The notes: generated by a model from the letters alone, not told the origin. Positions 1 through 9,169 are shown, numbered from the stretch's first letter. The stretch: 32,000 nt of DNA from Nostoc punctiforme PCC 73102 (GCF_000020025.1 NC_010628.1:5850001-5882000), one strand, 5' to 3'. Translations and numbers: made by a program.

Positions 1-471
1 GTCACGGGCATATTTTTCTAGGGAGTGATCGTTATTTTTCGGTTTAGAGGATTTTCCTAACCCTGGTAGATCCCAAACAATTACTCGGAAGCGATCGCTT
101 AATTGTCGTTTGGCATAATACCATATAGTACTGTTTGGCCCCCAACCATGTGACAAGATAATTGGTTGACCATCTTCAGGGCCAAAAAACTCAACTTGTA
201 ACACGCTCCCATCAGGGCGTGGCAACCGTTGCACGGTCTTACTACGCATAAACTTAGGTTCCTGATTTCCAGAACGACGCAGCAGTGGCAAGCTGATAAA
301 ACGGCCGCCAAAAGTCCACAGAACCATTACTAGTCCAGCTACTAAATAGGAAGTTCCTATAAGTTCTCGTTCGTACCACTCATAGAGAATGTAGATTCCC
401 CCACCAAGTATCCCAACGGATAGCAGTTGAAACAGCCATATAAGTAGAAAATTATGAGGCATGAATATCAT
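1..471 (-). CDS. alpha/beta-fold hydrolase, N-terminal part (gene runs off the window start)
   Basis: This ORF is absent from the ORF track because it is open at the window edge. Reverse-strand translation from ATG 471 (or ATG 462) gives M(IF)MPHNFLLIWLFQLLSVGILGGGIYILYEWYE, which looks like one TM helix. It continues VEFFGPEDGQPIILSHGWGPNSTIWYYAKRQLSDRFRVIVWDLPGLGKSSKP, the strand/HGxG oxyanion-hole region typical of alpha/beta hydrolases. There is no stop down to base 1. Confidence 0.7.
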   Translation of the reverse strand, partial: MIFMPHNFLLIWLFQLLSVGILGGGIYILYEWYERELIGTSYLVAGLVMVLWTFGGRFISLPLLRRSGNQEPKFMRSKTVQRLPRPDGSVLQVEFFGPEDGQPIILSHGWGPNSTIWYYAKRQLSDRFRVIVWDLPGLGKSSKPKNNDHSLEKYARD

Positions 472-608
472 GAGCCTAAACCTTGGGATACCTTTTTAAC
501 TGCATTGTCTTTTAGGTTCATACCATAGTTAGAATCATCCAACTTTCACTCTTAGGAATGATTTCTACAGTGTTGTCAGGATGATAAAAATACTGAATTA
601 ATAACTAT

Positions 609-1880
609 TTAAGAGAGTAATTGTAATCCTTTAGTCTGTAATTGCTGCTCAATATACTGCATTTGTGCGATAGTTTCTCCAGTAACGATCGCATAAAGTT
701 CAGTGTATATTTTTCCGTACTTAGCCTTCTCTAAAGCCGATAAAATAATCAAGTCTTTGCGGTCTAATTCTGGTTTCAAGGTTATAAGGATTGATTCTAA
801 TGTCCCCTCCATTCGGTAGCTACTGGAGTATTTAGCTACTTCTTTTCCCAGTCGCAGTAGAGTATGACGCTGCAAGCACAACGGAGTAGAACCATTAACT
901 CGGAAATTGGCATCGATCGCGTAAAATTGTCCGTCTTGGTTTTCCAGCACATCAAAGCCAATCACACCGAAATATCCCTGTTTGTGAGCATAATCACCAA
1001 CGTTGGCAATCATTTCAAAGAACTTGCTCATGTCAGTTTTGCCGTAGTCAATCACTCCTCCTAAATAGTTGCCTTCTGGAGTGACGAGTTGTCCAGTAGT
1101 GCCGATGAGAGTTATCTCCCCGGCTTTGTTGACATAGAACTGTACGCAGTAATTCTGTACTTCATTCTTGATGAACTCTGAGACAATAATCGTATCAAGC
1201 AACTTAATATCAAGATATTTGTTAATTTCTTCAAGGCAGTAGTTTAGATCGCTGGGATTTTTGATGATATAAGTGCCTTCTCCTGAGAGTCCGTGGGAGG
1301 TTTTAATTAAGTAGGGAAATTGTGGTAGCTGAATGTCTACGATATTGACTTGGTGCAGATTGTAGCTCTTATATTTTGGACATTGCACCCCTATTTCTTC
1401 TAGCGTTACTTTGCTGAGTAAACGGTAATGGGTGTCTGAAGTAACAGCGTGTTTTTCAGGTTTTAGGCAATCAAAAGGAAATAGAGTGATGAGTTTATCA
1501 AAGCGATCGCTGTGGCTGAGATCGTCTAGATAAGTCGAGCAATCCATCATCTCAATATTGGAGTGCTTGAATCCGAAATGCTCTTGCCAGTATTCAAGCA
1601 GGGGCTTTGGTGGCGGAATAATCACAATTCCGGGAATGCGATCGCCTAAGACAGCCAGATTTTTCCAAGGCTCTTTCTGACAAATCTTATCGAAGGAGGT
1701 TTTGCTGGCTTCACTACTGCCATCTTGAATAAAATATTTTTTCCGGTTGGGATAAGCAGCCCAACTCGCAGTTGCAGGATAATTTAAGATAAATCCATAA
1801 GATCCATCTGTGATATCTTGAGCAAACAAGTCAGAAAGAGAACTGCCTTGAAAGTATTGAAAGTTATATTTTGAGTTCAT
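609..1880 (-). CDS. ATP-grasp domain protein (orphan ligase, substrate unknown)
   Basis: 423-aa ORF. The C-terminal half has ATP-grasp hallmarks: YLIKTSHGLSGEGTYIIKN, and GYFGVIGFDVLENQDGQFYAIDANFRVNGSTP (the D-x-N-x-R Mg-ATP region). The N-terminal ~170 aa are not recognisable. A GGAGG sits 5 nt upstream of the ATG. Confidence 0.7.
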   Translation of the reverse strand: MNSKYNFQYFQGSSLSDLFAQDITDGSYGFILNYPATASWAAYPNRKKYFIQDGSSEASKTSFDKICQKEPWKNLAVLGDRIPGIVIIPPPKPLLEYWQEHFGFKHSNIEMMDCSTYLDDLSHSDRFDKLITLFPFDCLKPEKHAVTSDTHYRLLSKVTLEEIGVQCPKYKSYNLHQVNIVDIQLPQFPYLIKTSHGLSGEGTYIIKNPSDLNYCLEEINKYLDIKLLDTIIVSEFIKNEVQNYCVQFYVNKAGEITLIGTTGQLVTPEGNYLGGVIDYGKTDMSKFFEMIANVGDYAHKQGYFGVIGFDVLENQDGQFYAIDANFRVNGSTPLCLQRHTLLRLGKEVAKYSSSYRMEGTLESILITLKPELDRKDLIILSALEKAKYGKIYTELYAIVTGETIAQMQYIEQQLQTKGLQLLS

Positions 1881-2331
1881 TAATTCCTCCGATAAATTGC
1901 ATTCATTTGTGAATGCGGTTGTTTCTATAAAACAAGCCTATTGGATTGATAAATAACACCAATAAAAAGAAATCTGAGATTTTAGCAAATTCTGGTGTAA
2001 TTAATCTATCTGCTGCTTGAGATTCTTCCTAAAGCTGTTGTAGTTTTTTGTTCTGACTAGCTTTGATGCCCTGAATATTGGCATAAATCTTTTGCATAAA
2101 ACTAACAATTTATAGTTTGATTTTCAAATATGGATATCGCTTTTTATTTTGGTCTTTTTTAGTTTTGATTTAATCTATCAAGAGAAATAAGAAATTTAGC
2201 TAGATAATTCCATCAAAAGAAAGCTCCTCTAAAATGGTTCATAGACCAAAGATGATGCAGTAAACTAAATAGCCTTTACGATAAAAAACGTAATATTCGA
2301 TATTCTTCGTTTCACAAATAGGAAATAAACA

Positions 2332-3627
2332 GTGTTACCAAAAAAGACCACCGCTAGCAATCAAACTCAACGCTGGACATTTGCTCAACTTTTTGGACTG
2401 GTAAAACGTAATCCCCTGATGATTTCGCAGTGGGTGATACTCTGGGTAGCTGTAGGTACTGCTGGTGGTCTATTCGCTGCGTTTTACTGGAATGTTTTAG
2501 AATTTTTAACTCACTATCTGCAACGATTTGAAGGTTTTAGCCTCCTGATAGTGATGCCACTGGCTGGTTTAGTTATCGGGCTGGTGATTCATTTTCTAGG
2601 AAATCCCGGTGAAATCGCCGTAATTGTTGATAATATCCATTTTCGTGGCGGACGCTTAGATGTTCGCAAAAATCCTTCAATGATTCTTGCTTCTCTAATC
2701 AGCATATCGGCAGGCGGTAGTGCTGGGCCAGAAGCGCCACTAGTACAAGTAACAGGTTCTTTTGGTACTTGGGTTGCCGATCGCTTAAAACTCCAGGGTG
2801 AAGACCTTAGAACTTTGAGTTTAGCGGCGATGGCGGCTGGTTTTACAGCTTTGTTTGGCGCACCTCTTGGCGGTGCCATGTTCGCGTTGGAAATTTTGCA
2901 CCATGAGCATATTGTGGAATATTACGAAGCTTTGATGCCAGCCATTGTTTCAAGTTGCGCTAGTTATCTGGTATTTGCAGCAATTACACATTTGGGAATT
3001 GCACCCACCTGGCATTTTCCCCAGTACCACCTAGAAAAAATTGATGATTTTGCGATCGCGATCGTATTCGGAATCATTGGCGCGGTGGCGGGATGGATTT
3101 TTATGAGCATTTTTCGGGGCTGCGATTACTTGTTTGCTCGAATTCCGGGCCCCATTTATGTACGCACAACATTAGCAGGGTTTGGGCTTGGCACTTTAGC
3201 AGTTTTATTACCCCTAACCCGTTATTTTGGACATGAAGAATTAGAGCCAGTCCTCACTACTAGCTTTGGTGCTATTTTTCTCTTAACTCTTGCTCTTGGT
3301 AAAATGGCAGCCATTAGCATTACGGTAACAGGTGGGTGGCGCGGTGGATTTATCATCCCCCTGTTTTTCACTGGTGCTTGTATTGGTAAAGCAGTAGCAG
3401 TCTTAATTCCGGGGCTTAATCCCGCCCTGGCTATGATTTGTACAATGGCGGCTGTGAATGCAGCCATAACGCGCACACCTATAAGTACAACTCTGCTGCT
3501 GTCAAAACTGACTAACTTGAGTCCTTTTACACCAATCCTTTTTGCCAGTTTAATTGGATTTTTTCTCTCTCCCAAAGTTCCTCTGATTGCATCTCAACTG
3601 AAGTCCCGCAGAGAAGCTACTGAATGA
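2332..3627 (+). CDS. ClC-family voltage-gated chloride channel/transporter
   Basis: 431 aa with many hydrophobic segments. It has ClC-like motifs SAGGSAGPEAPLVQ (GxEGP gating-Glu region) and GGFIIPLFFTGACIG (GxFxP). The start is GTG. Confidence 0.85.
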   Translation: MLPKKTTASNQTQRWTFAQLFGLVKRNPLMISQWVILWVAVGTAGGLFAAFYWNVLEFLTHYLQRFEGFSLLIVMPLAGLVIGLVIHFLGNPGEIAVIVDNIHFRGGRLDVRKNPSMILASLISISAGGSAGPEAPLVQVTGSFGTWVADRLKLQGEDLRTLSLAAMAAGFTALFGAPLGGAMFALEILHHEHIVEYYEALMPAIVSSCASYLVFAAITHLGIAPTWHFPQYHLEKIDDFAIAIVFGIIGAVAGWIFMSIFRGCDYLFARIPGPIYVRTTLAGFGLGTLAVLLPLTRYFGHEELEPVLTTSFGAIFLLTLALGKMAAISITVTGGWRGGFIIPLFFTGACIGKAVAVLIPGLNPALAMICTMAAVNAAITRTPISTTLLLSKLTNLSPFTPILFASLIGFFLSPKVPLIASQLKSRREATE

Positions 3628-3795
3628 AAGGCTAGCTAGGGTACTGTGTTAATTTACGTACAATTCTGCAAAAGTGCGATCGCCTTTTCATTTTCCTCGT
3701 AAACGCCTGATTTTCAGGATGGCGATCGCTTCTTGTGTATAACTTTCACTCTTTTGTTTACCAAAACTGTATTACTGACCGAAGAGTAATTTCGC

Positions 3796-4248
3796 CTATG
3801 TACCTATTCCTCTTGCCATTATTGCTGCCAATAACGGAATTAAGGTAAAACCAACCAATTCAATTCTAATTAGCCAGATGAGACGATTTAGTTTTAGTAA
3901 TTCTAGCTTGGGTGCTTGTCCCTGTTGCAGACTTTTCAACCAACCAATGCAAGAAATAGTGGGATAGAGAGATAGCAAACCCACCACGATGAAAACCACA
4001 ACTTTGGCATAAAAAACTGGGTTACTCAAATAGTAATCCGTGCCTTTACCAAAGTAGATAACACGTAAAATGCCTGTGACAAGAACGACAGTTGCTGATA
4101 TACCATATACTGCATCAGCTATGACAATCTTCCAAGCTTCATTTAAACTCAATTCTTTTTTTAAATTCAATGCTTCTGATACCAGAGCGCCAAAACACAA
4201 CATAAAGCTTAAATAATGTAAGTACGCAACTATGGCACTTATCCGCAT
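3796..4248 (-). CDS. small integral membrane protein (DUF2214-like)
   Basis: 150 aa with four predicted TM helices. The N-terminus AYLHYLSFMLCFGALV resembles the cyanobacterial DUF2214 family as I remember it. Confidence 0.55.
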   Translation of the reverse strand: MRISAIVAYLHYLSFMLCFGALVSEALNLKKELSLNEAWKIVIADAVYGISATVVLVTGILRVIYFGKGTDYYLSNPVFYAKVVVFIVVGLLSLYPTISCIGWLKSLQQGQAPKLELLKLNRLIWLIRIELVGFTLIPLLAAIMARGIGT

Positions 4249-4498
4249 ATTATTTTTAATTTTTGCTAGTTTACTGTTTTGATATTGCTTTTGATGCGGA
4301 AACTTTCACCATCAAGCTCAAACTAGCACTAAGACAACTAGCTAAAAAGTGACCAATAATTCAGATTTTCATTGACTACGAATCCACAATCATTAACAGG
4401 GGTTGTTACTTCATTCCCTGGTGATTCCAGCTTCGAATTGCAAAAATTGGCTGGTATCGGCTTTGTTGTGGCCAACGTTAAAAAGTTTGATGGTGTAG

Positions 4499-4762
4499 AT
4501 GGATATAGGAATAATTGAGTCTTACAGCAACGGGTTTTTAGAAATTGTACCAGAGAGCGATTATTGGCAGATTGTAGCTATACACATCAATGGCCACGCC
4601 TACTGCCCTACTCCTCGGCTTTATCGTTCAGAAAAAGTGGCATTGGCAAAAGCTGCACAAATTTATGATTGGCTAGCCGATCGCGAAGGAGAAATTAGTG
4701 ATCGAGTTTACTACTGTTCTGAATTGAAACTCATCTTATGGCAGCAAACTAAACTATCTTAA
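4499..4762 (+). CDS. hypothetical protein
   Basis: 87-aa ORF with an in-frame stop immediately upstream of the ATG. I recognise no motif. It occupies an otherwise empty gap. Confidence 0.4.
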   Translation: MDIGIIESYSNGFLEIVPESDYWQIVAIHINGHAYCPTPRLYRSEKVALAKAAQIYDWLADREGEISDRVYYCSELKLILWQQTKLS

Positions 4763-4793
4763 TTATCCTTGCGATCCAGAATTTCACTTTAAA

Positions 4794-5732
4794 TTAGTCC
4801 GAGTGGCGATTTTCTCCAAAGTAGGGAGTACCTAAAGCTTTAGGAGGTGTAGATTTTCCCGCTAATCCTACTAATGCCAATAAAGCGATCGCATAAGGTA
4901 GCATGACTAAAAATTGGTAAGGGATATTTGCCCCTAATGCCTGAATTCGCAGTTGTAAAGCTTCTGTAGCCCCAAACAGCAAACAAGCCAAAGCACTACC
5001 TACAGGATGCCATCTGCCAAAAATTAATGCTGCGATCGCAATAAATCCTTTACCAGCACTCATCCCCTCGGCAAAAAATCTTACCTGTACCAGAGTTAGA
5101 TAAGCACCTCCTAAACTCGCAAGACAGCCACTAACTACCACTGCAATATAACGGACAAATGTTACTGAAATTCCAGCCGTGTCAGCAGCTTTCGGAGATT
5201 CTCCCACTCCTCGTAATGTCAATCCAAAGCTAGTTTTAAATAAAATGTATGTAGTGAAAATAACTAAGATAAATAATAAATATACTAAAAAATCCTGCTG
5301 AAATAGTAGCGGCCCGATCAGAGGAATATTGGCTAAACCAGGAATCATAATTGTCCCAATTCCAGGTAACTGCTGCGTACTACTGCCACTAAACACTAAC
5401 CGCGCCAAAAACGATGTTAAGCCAGCTGCGACGAGATTAATTGCTAGCCCAGATACCAATTGATCGACACGCAAAGTTACACATAAAAAAGCATGGAGTA
5501 ATCCGACTAATCCCCCTGCAATTAAGGACGCAAGGATACCAAGCCAGGGATTGCCTATGTAGAAAGTCGCAGCAGCACTAGTGAAAGCGCCTGTAAGCAA
5601 CATTCCTTCTAAAGCGATATTTAACACCCCAGATCGTTCCGAGTACAATCCTCCAAGGGCTGCAAATGCTAAGGGGACGGCTAGACGTAAAGTAGCTATT
5701 AAGTAATCAGAGAAGAAGTTTAGATTATTCAT
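4794..5732 (-). CDS. ABC transporter permease, BMP/ribose-type (YufQ/NupQ-like)
   Basis: Polytopic membrane protein and last gene of the bmp-type operon. I prefer ATG 5732 (MNNLNFFSDYLIATLRL). The ORF-track start at 5762 would translate the arm of a palindromic repeat. Confidence 0.85.
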   Translation of the reverse strand: MNNLNFFSDYLIATLRLAVPLAFAALGGLYSERSGVLNIALEGMLLTGAFTSAAATFYIGNPWLGILASLIAGGLVGLLHAFLCVTLRVDQLVSGLAINLVAAGLTSFLARLVFSGSSTQQLPGIGTIMIPGLANIPLIGPLLFQQDFLVYLLFILVIFTTYILFKTSFGLTLRGVGESPKAADTAGISVTFVRYIAVVVSGCLASLGGAYLTLVQVRFFAEGMSAGKGFIAIAALIFGRWHPVGSALACLLFGATEALQLRIQALGANIPYQFLVMLPYAIALLALVGLAGKSTPPKALGTPYFGENRHSD

Positions 5733-5744
5733 GGAGTTATTTTT

Positions 5745-5811
5745 TAACGCAGAGGAACGCATGAGGGAAGCGCAAAGTATCGCAGAGTTTTCTCCGTGTT
5801 CCTCTGCGTTA
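5745..5811. repeat. Nostoc-type palindromic intergenic element (hairpin)
   Basis: TAACGCAGAGGAACGC (5745-5760) pairs with GTGTTCCTCTGCGTTA (5796-5811) at 15/16 complementary positions. The element fills the junction between the two permease genes. Confidence 0.7.
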
Positions 5812-6861
5812 AACCTTTGCGCCCCTTTGCGTTTTTACTCTTATTTCTCTTTCGACTGCGAAACTGATAGCAATAAATAACACCATAAACCCCTGAATTA
5901 CGTAAACCACAGTTATCGGCACACCTGCACTACGCTGCATCACATTTGCACCACTGCGAAGCGCTGCGAAAAACAAAGAAGTTAAAACTACACCGACAAC
6001 ACTACCACGACTTAAAAAAGCGATCGCAATGGCATCAAATCCATAACCTGGTGAAACTTGTTCAAATAGCCGATATTTCAACCCCATCACCTCACAACTT
6101 CCAGCCAACCCAGCTAAACCACCCGCAGAAGCCATCACCAGCATAATGGTACGTTCAACAGATATATGGGCATAACGGGCGGCAATCGGGTTAAATCCCA
6201 CTGCCGTAATTTGATAACCTAGAGGCGATCGCACTAACAATACCCATAAAATAGCTGCGGCAATTAAAGCTAATAAAATCCCAGCATGGGCGAGGCTTTG
6301 CGGTAAGATAATCGGCAAACGCGATGTTTTAGCAATTAATGGTGAATAAGGACTAGGCGCACCTGTTGCCATTAATGGATTTTGGACGAGGTAGCTAACT
6401 AAATTCACTGCGATATAGTTGAGCAACAATGTAGTAATTACCTCATTCACTCCGCGTATAGCTTTGAGATAACCAGGAATCCAACCCCAAACTGCACCAA
6501 AGAAAAATCCTGCCAAAAGTGCTAAGGGGATATGAATCAGCGCAGGTAATCCTTGCACATATAACCCAATTAAAGTACTTCCCAACGCACCCAGATAAAT
6601 TTGTCCTTCACCACCGACATTAAATTGCCCAGCCCGCAACGCCACTAATACGCCTAAACTAGCGAACAATAGCGGTGTCATTTTGGTGAGGGTGTTACCA
6701 AATCCAAAGTAGGTAGAGAGAGATTCTTGAAATAAGATGCTATATGCGGTGATGGGATTTGCCCCAGCAATTAGCATGAGGATAGCACCGACGATGAGCG
6801 CGGAGGCGATCGCAATGAGCGGTGATAGTAGGGGTAGCAATCGATTAATTAGTGTCAGCAC
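5809..6861 (-). CDS. ABC transporter permease, BMP/ribose-type (YufP/NupP-like)
   Basis: 350-aa polytopic membrane protein with a GTG start. It is co-oriented with the other transporter genes. Confidence 0.85.
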   Translation of the reverse strand: MLTLINRLLPLLSPLIAIASALIVGAILMLIAGANPITAYSILFQESLSTYFGFGNTLTKMTPLLFASLGVLVALRAGQFNVGGEGQIYLGALGSTLIGLYVQGLPALIHIPLALLAGFFFGAVWGWIPGYLKAIRGVNEVITTLLLNYIAVNLVSYLVQNPLMATGAPSPYSPLIAKTSRLPIILPQSLAHAGILLALIAAAILWVLLVRSPLGYQITAVGFNPIAARYAHISVERTIMLVMASAGGLAGLAGSCEVMGLKYRLFEQVSPGYGFDAIAIAFLSRGSVVGVVLTSLFFAALRSGANVMQRSAGVPITVVYVIQGFMVLFIAISFAVEREIRVKTQRGAKV

Positions 6862-6869
6862 GAGTCTAA

Positions 6870-8202
6870 GGCATCATGTGGAAATAACTTGAACAATTTG
6901 CTGAATGGTAAGATGATCAGAATGTAACCGAATTAAAGGCTTATATGTCTGATAAGCAGGTAGTAGAAAGCATTCAAGACAAGTACGATTCGTTATCGCC
7001 TTATTTGAATGAGAAAACACGGCGTATTTGGGCAGCAATTGAAGCCCGAAGCCTGGGCTGGGGAGGCGTGAGTCAGGTTGCGCTCGCAACTGGACTATCC
7101 CGGACTACAATCCATGCTGGGATACGGTTATTGTTAGACGCTTCGGGGGAAAAAACCTCGAATGATGATAGTAATCGAATTCGTTCGTCAGGTGCTGGAC
7201 GTAAACTACTTGAAGAAAAAGACGCAATGCTGCTATCAGATTTAGAATCGCTGATTGAACCAGTGACACTGGGAGACCCAGAATCTCCTCTAAAATGGAC
7301 TTCTAAAAGTGTTGTGAAACTGGCTGCGGCATTAAACATTGGGGGACATAGGACTAGTCCTAAAAGTGTTTATAACTTACTTGAATCGCTTGGCTACAGC
7401 TTACAATCAAATCGTAAAACCCGTGATGGCTCATCTCATCCAGATAGAGATGATCAGTTTTTACATATTTCCAACCAAGTCTTGCACTTTCAATCCCAGA
7501 ACGAACCCGTAATTTCAGTTGATACAAAAAAAAAGAATTAATTGGAGATTTTAAAAATTCTGGAACCGAGTGGTGTGAAAAGGAACAGCCAATTGAGGTG
7601 AAAATGCATGATTTTGTTGACCCCAAGTTGGGCAAGGCAATTCCCTACGGAATTTATGACTTAACCTCAAATCAAGGATGGGTAAATGTTGGCATTGACC
7701 ACGATACCGCAGAGTTTGCAGTCGAGTCTATTCGTCATTGGTGGTACTCAATGGGTAAACAAGTTTATCCCAGCAGTGAGCATATAATGATTACGGCTGA
7801 TTGCGGTGGTAGCAATAGTTATCGCTCACGATTGTGGAAATTGAAGTTACAAGAATTAGCAACTGATACTGGTAAAACTATTCATGTGTGTCATTTTCCT
7901 CCAGGCACAAGTAAATGGAATAAGATTGAGCATCGCTTGTTTTGTCACATTACCCAAAACTGGCGAGGCAGACCATTAACTAGCTTGCAAGTTGTGATTA
8001 ATCTAATTCGCAATACTACCACCACACAAGGATTAGAAGTTGAAGCTAGATTAGATCCAAATCTCTACAAAACGGGAATCAAGGTTACAGACCAAGAGCT
8101 TGATACTATCGCAATCGAACGAAATTCTTTTCATGGTGAGTGGAACTATATTATCAAACCCAAAGTAGTCAGTTAATTGTTCAATTTATTTTTACATAAC
8201 TC
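6870..8202 (+). mobile_element. ISAzo13-family insertion sequence (~1.3 kb)
   Basis: The imperfect terminal inverted repeats are ATGTGGAAATAACTTGAACAATT (6876-6898) and the reverse complement of 8175-8197, ATGTAAAAATAAATTGAACAATT (20/23 match). A possible CTAA direct repeat lies at 6866-6869 and 8203-8206, so the exact ends are uncertain by a few bp. The element encodes the transposase listed next. Confidence 0.8.
6945..8176 (+). CDS. ISAzo13-family DDE transposase, two frames joined by a -1 frameshift at A AAA AAG (7529-7535)
   Basis: ORF A (6945-7541) reads YLNEKTRRIWAAIEARSLGWGGVSQVALATGLSRTTI. ORF B, open from 7535 in the -1 frame, reads ELIGDFKNSGTEW...HFPPGTSKWNKIEHRLFCHITQNWRGRPL. Together they match the ISAzo13 transposase family as I remember it. 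The nine-A run at 7526-7534 plus G is the junction. Confidence 0.8.
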
Positions 8203-8379
8203 CTAACCCAATAGAACGCTTGCACTGAGACATAACTGGGAACATAGAAAATCGCATTTTGAAACTTCCCTAAAGCGATCGCCTTCTCTGCATTTCTCAA
8301 TGTTATAAGTGTAAGTTCCGAAGTCAGGCAACTTAATCAAATATGGCTTGCCATCTCCTAAAATTAATTTAAGTCAACT

Positions 8380-9006
8380 TTATGTGGTAGTGTTTCCAGC
8401 TTGAAAAATCTGCTCGGCGGTTAAATTCAATTCCGGGAAAGTAGGTGAGATAATGCGATCACTCCCACGGAACTGTCTGACTTGGTATTCGCCCTCAACT
8501 AGTGAATAAATCGATATTGTAGGCTCTTTGGAATTGCCAATGAACGATTTGCCTGCCAGAGCTAGGTAATCTACAATCCAATACTCTAGAATACCAACTT
8601 CTTCATACACACCACGCTTAGTATAATAGTCAGTACGCCAATTGGTACTAACTACCTCAATCACCAGAGGAATTGATGCGGACTGAGTAACAGTAGATTC
8701 CTTTTTCCACAAAGGTTCATTTACGAGATTGGAGCGATTGATTATTAATACATCTGGAGAATAACCGGATTCATTTTCAGGTGGTTTTACGAGTGCTGTT
8801 TTTGGTATGAAGTAAGGAAGTTTAAGCCGGTCATATTCGATTGGAATTTTTGTAGCTAAAAATCCTGTGATCTCTTCATGATCGCCCAATGGTTGTGTCA
8901 TTTCTACAATTACTCCATCATGCAGTTCATATCGCCCCCCGTCAGGTTTCCACTGTACAAATTCTTCAAAGGTTACTAGCTTGGTTTTAGGTAAAGCTTG
9001 AGTCAT
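8380..9006 (-). CDS. Uma2-family (DUF820) putative PD-(D/E)xK endonuclease
   Basis: 208 aa. The sequence FEEFVQWKPDGGRYELHDGVIVEMTQPLGDHEEI...IEVVSTNWRTDY...YEEVGILEYWIVD is the typical Uma2 pattern, a family that is abundant in cyanobacteria. Confidence 0.8.
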   Translation of the reverse strand: MTQALPKTKLVTFEEFVQWKPDGGRYELHDGVIVEMTQPLGDHEEITGFLATKIPIEYDRLKLPYFIPKTALVKPPENESGYSPDVLIINRSNLVNEPLWKKESTVTQSASIPLVIEVVSTNWRTDYYTKRGVYEEVGILEYWIVDYLALAGKSFIGNSKEPTISIYSLVEGEYQVRQFRGSDRIISPTFPELNLTAEQIFQAGNTTT

Positions 9007-9053
9007 AGAGTCACCTTTATGAATTTTTTCTGTTTTTAGTGTTGTTGCTAATA

Positions 9054-9169
9054 TAACCTGAGTTCGGAATAAGCTGAAACCTTGATTCTGGCGTTAGTTT
9101 TGAAAGCCAGAAACCCTTATTATCTTGTCTAAGCCATTAAGATTAAGTCCTTAACCCGAACTGAGGTTA
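9054..9169. repeat. MITE-like nested inverted repeat
   Basis: The outer arms are TAACCTGAGTTCGG (9054-9067) and CCGAACTGAGGTTA (9156-9169), 13/14 complementary. The inner stem is a perfect 7 bp: TTCTGGC (9086-9092) with GCCAGAA (9106-9112). Confidence 0.55.

Noticed and set aside
99-311. 70-aa minus-strand ORF from the track
   Set aside because: It lies out of frame inside the edge-truncated alpha/beta hydrolase CDS (1-471), which has a far more convincing translation. It is Cys-rich nonsense.
864-1064. 66-aa plus-strand ORF inside the ATP-grasp gene
   Set aside because: It is an antisense shadow ORF within a well-supported CDS and has no motif.
2029-2097. 22-codon minus-strand ORF (MQKIYANIQGIKASQNKKLQQL) upstream of the ATP-grasp gene, considered as a graspetide-type precursor peptide
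   Set aside because: It has no Asp/Glu acceptor residues, no SD and no repeated core motif. In 28 percent GC DNA, short ORFs like this arise by chance.
2222-2265. Possible fluoride (crcB-motif) riboswitch upstream of the ClC gene, suggested by GATGATGC at 2251-2258
   Set aside because: The other conserved elements are absent: the GGxGATGG P1 region, the AACCGCC segment and the CCTAC tail. The ClC also retains a GxEGP-like gating motif rather than features I would expect of the fluoride-specific clade.
2589-3575. Minus-strand ORFs 2589-2879 and 3222-3575
   Set aside because: They are antisense shadows of the ClC gene with low-complexity Ala/Pro/Arg-rich translations.
5733-5762. Longer start (5762) for permease 2 giving MRSSALKNNS
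   Set aside because: These codons are the arm of the palindromic repeat at 5745-5760. ATG 5732 gives a normal N-terminus.
5946-6146. 66-aa plus-strand ORF
   Set aside because: It is antisense within the permease CDS.
6874-7635. Three minus-strand ORFs (6874-7089, 7073-7339, 7360-7635) inside the IS
   Set aside because: They are antisense to the transposase frames, have no family resemblance, and overlap each other.
8198-8379. Spacer between the IS and the Uma2 gene, checked for a small antitoxin-like or HicB-like ORF (minus-strand GDGKPYLIKLPDFGTYTYNIEK)
   Set aside because: It has no start codon or SD in frame. The resemblance to any family is too weak to support a call.
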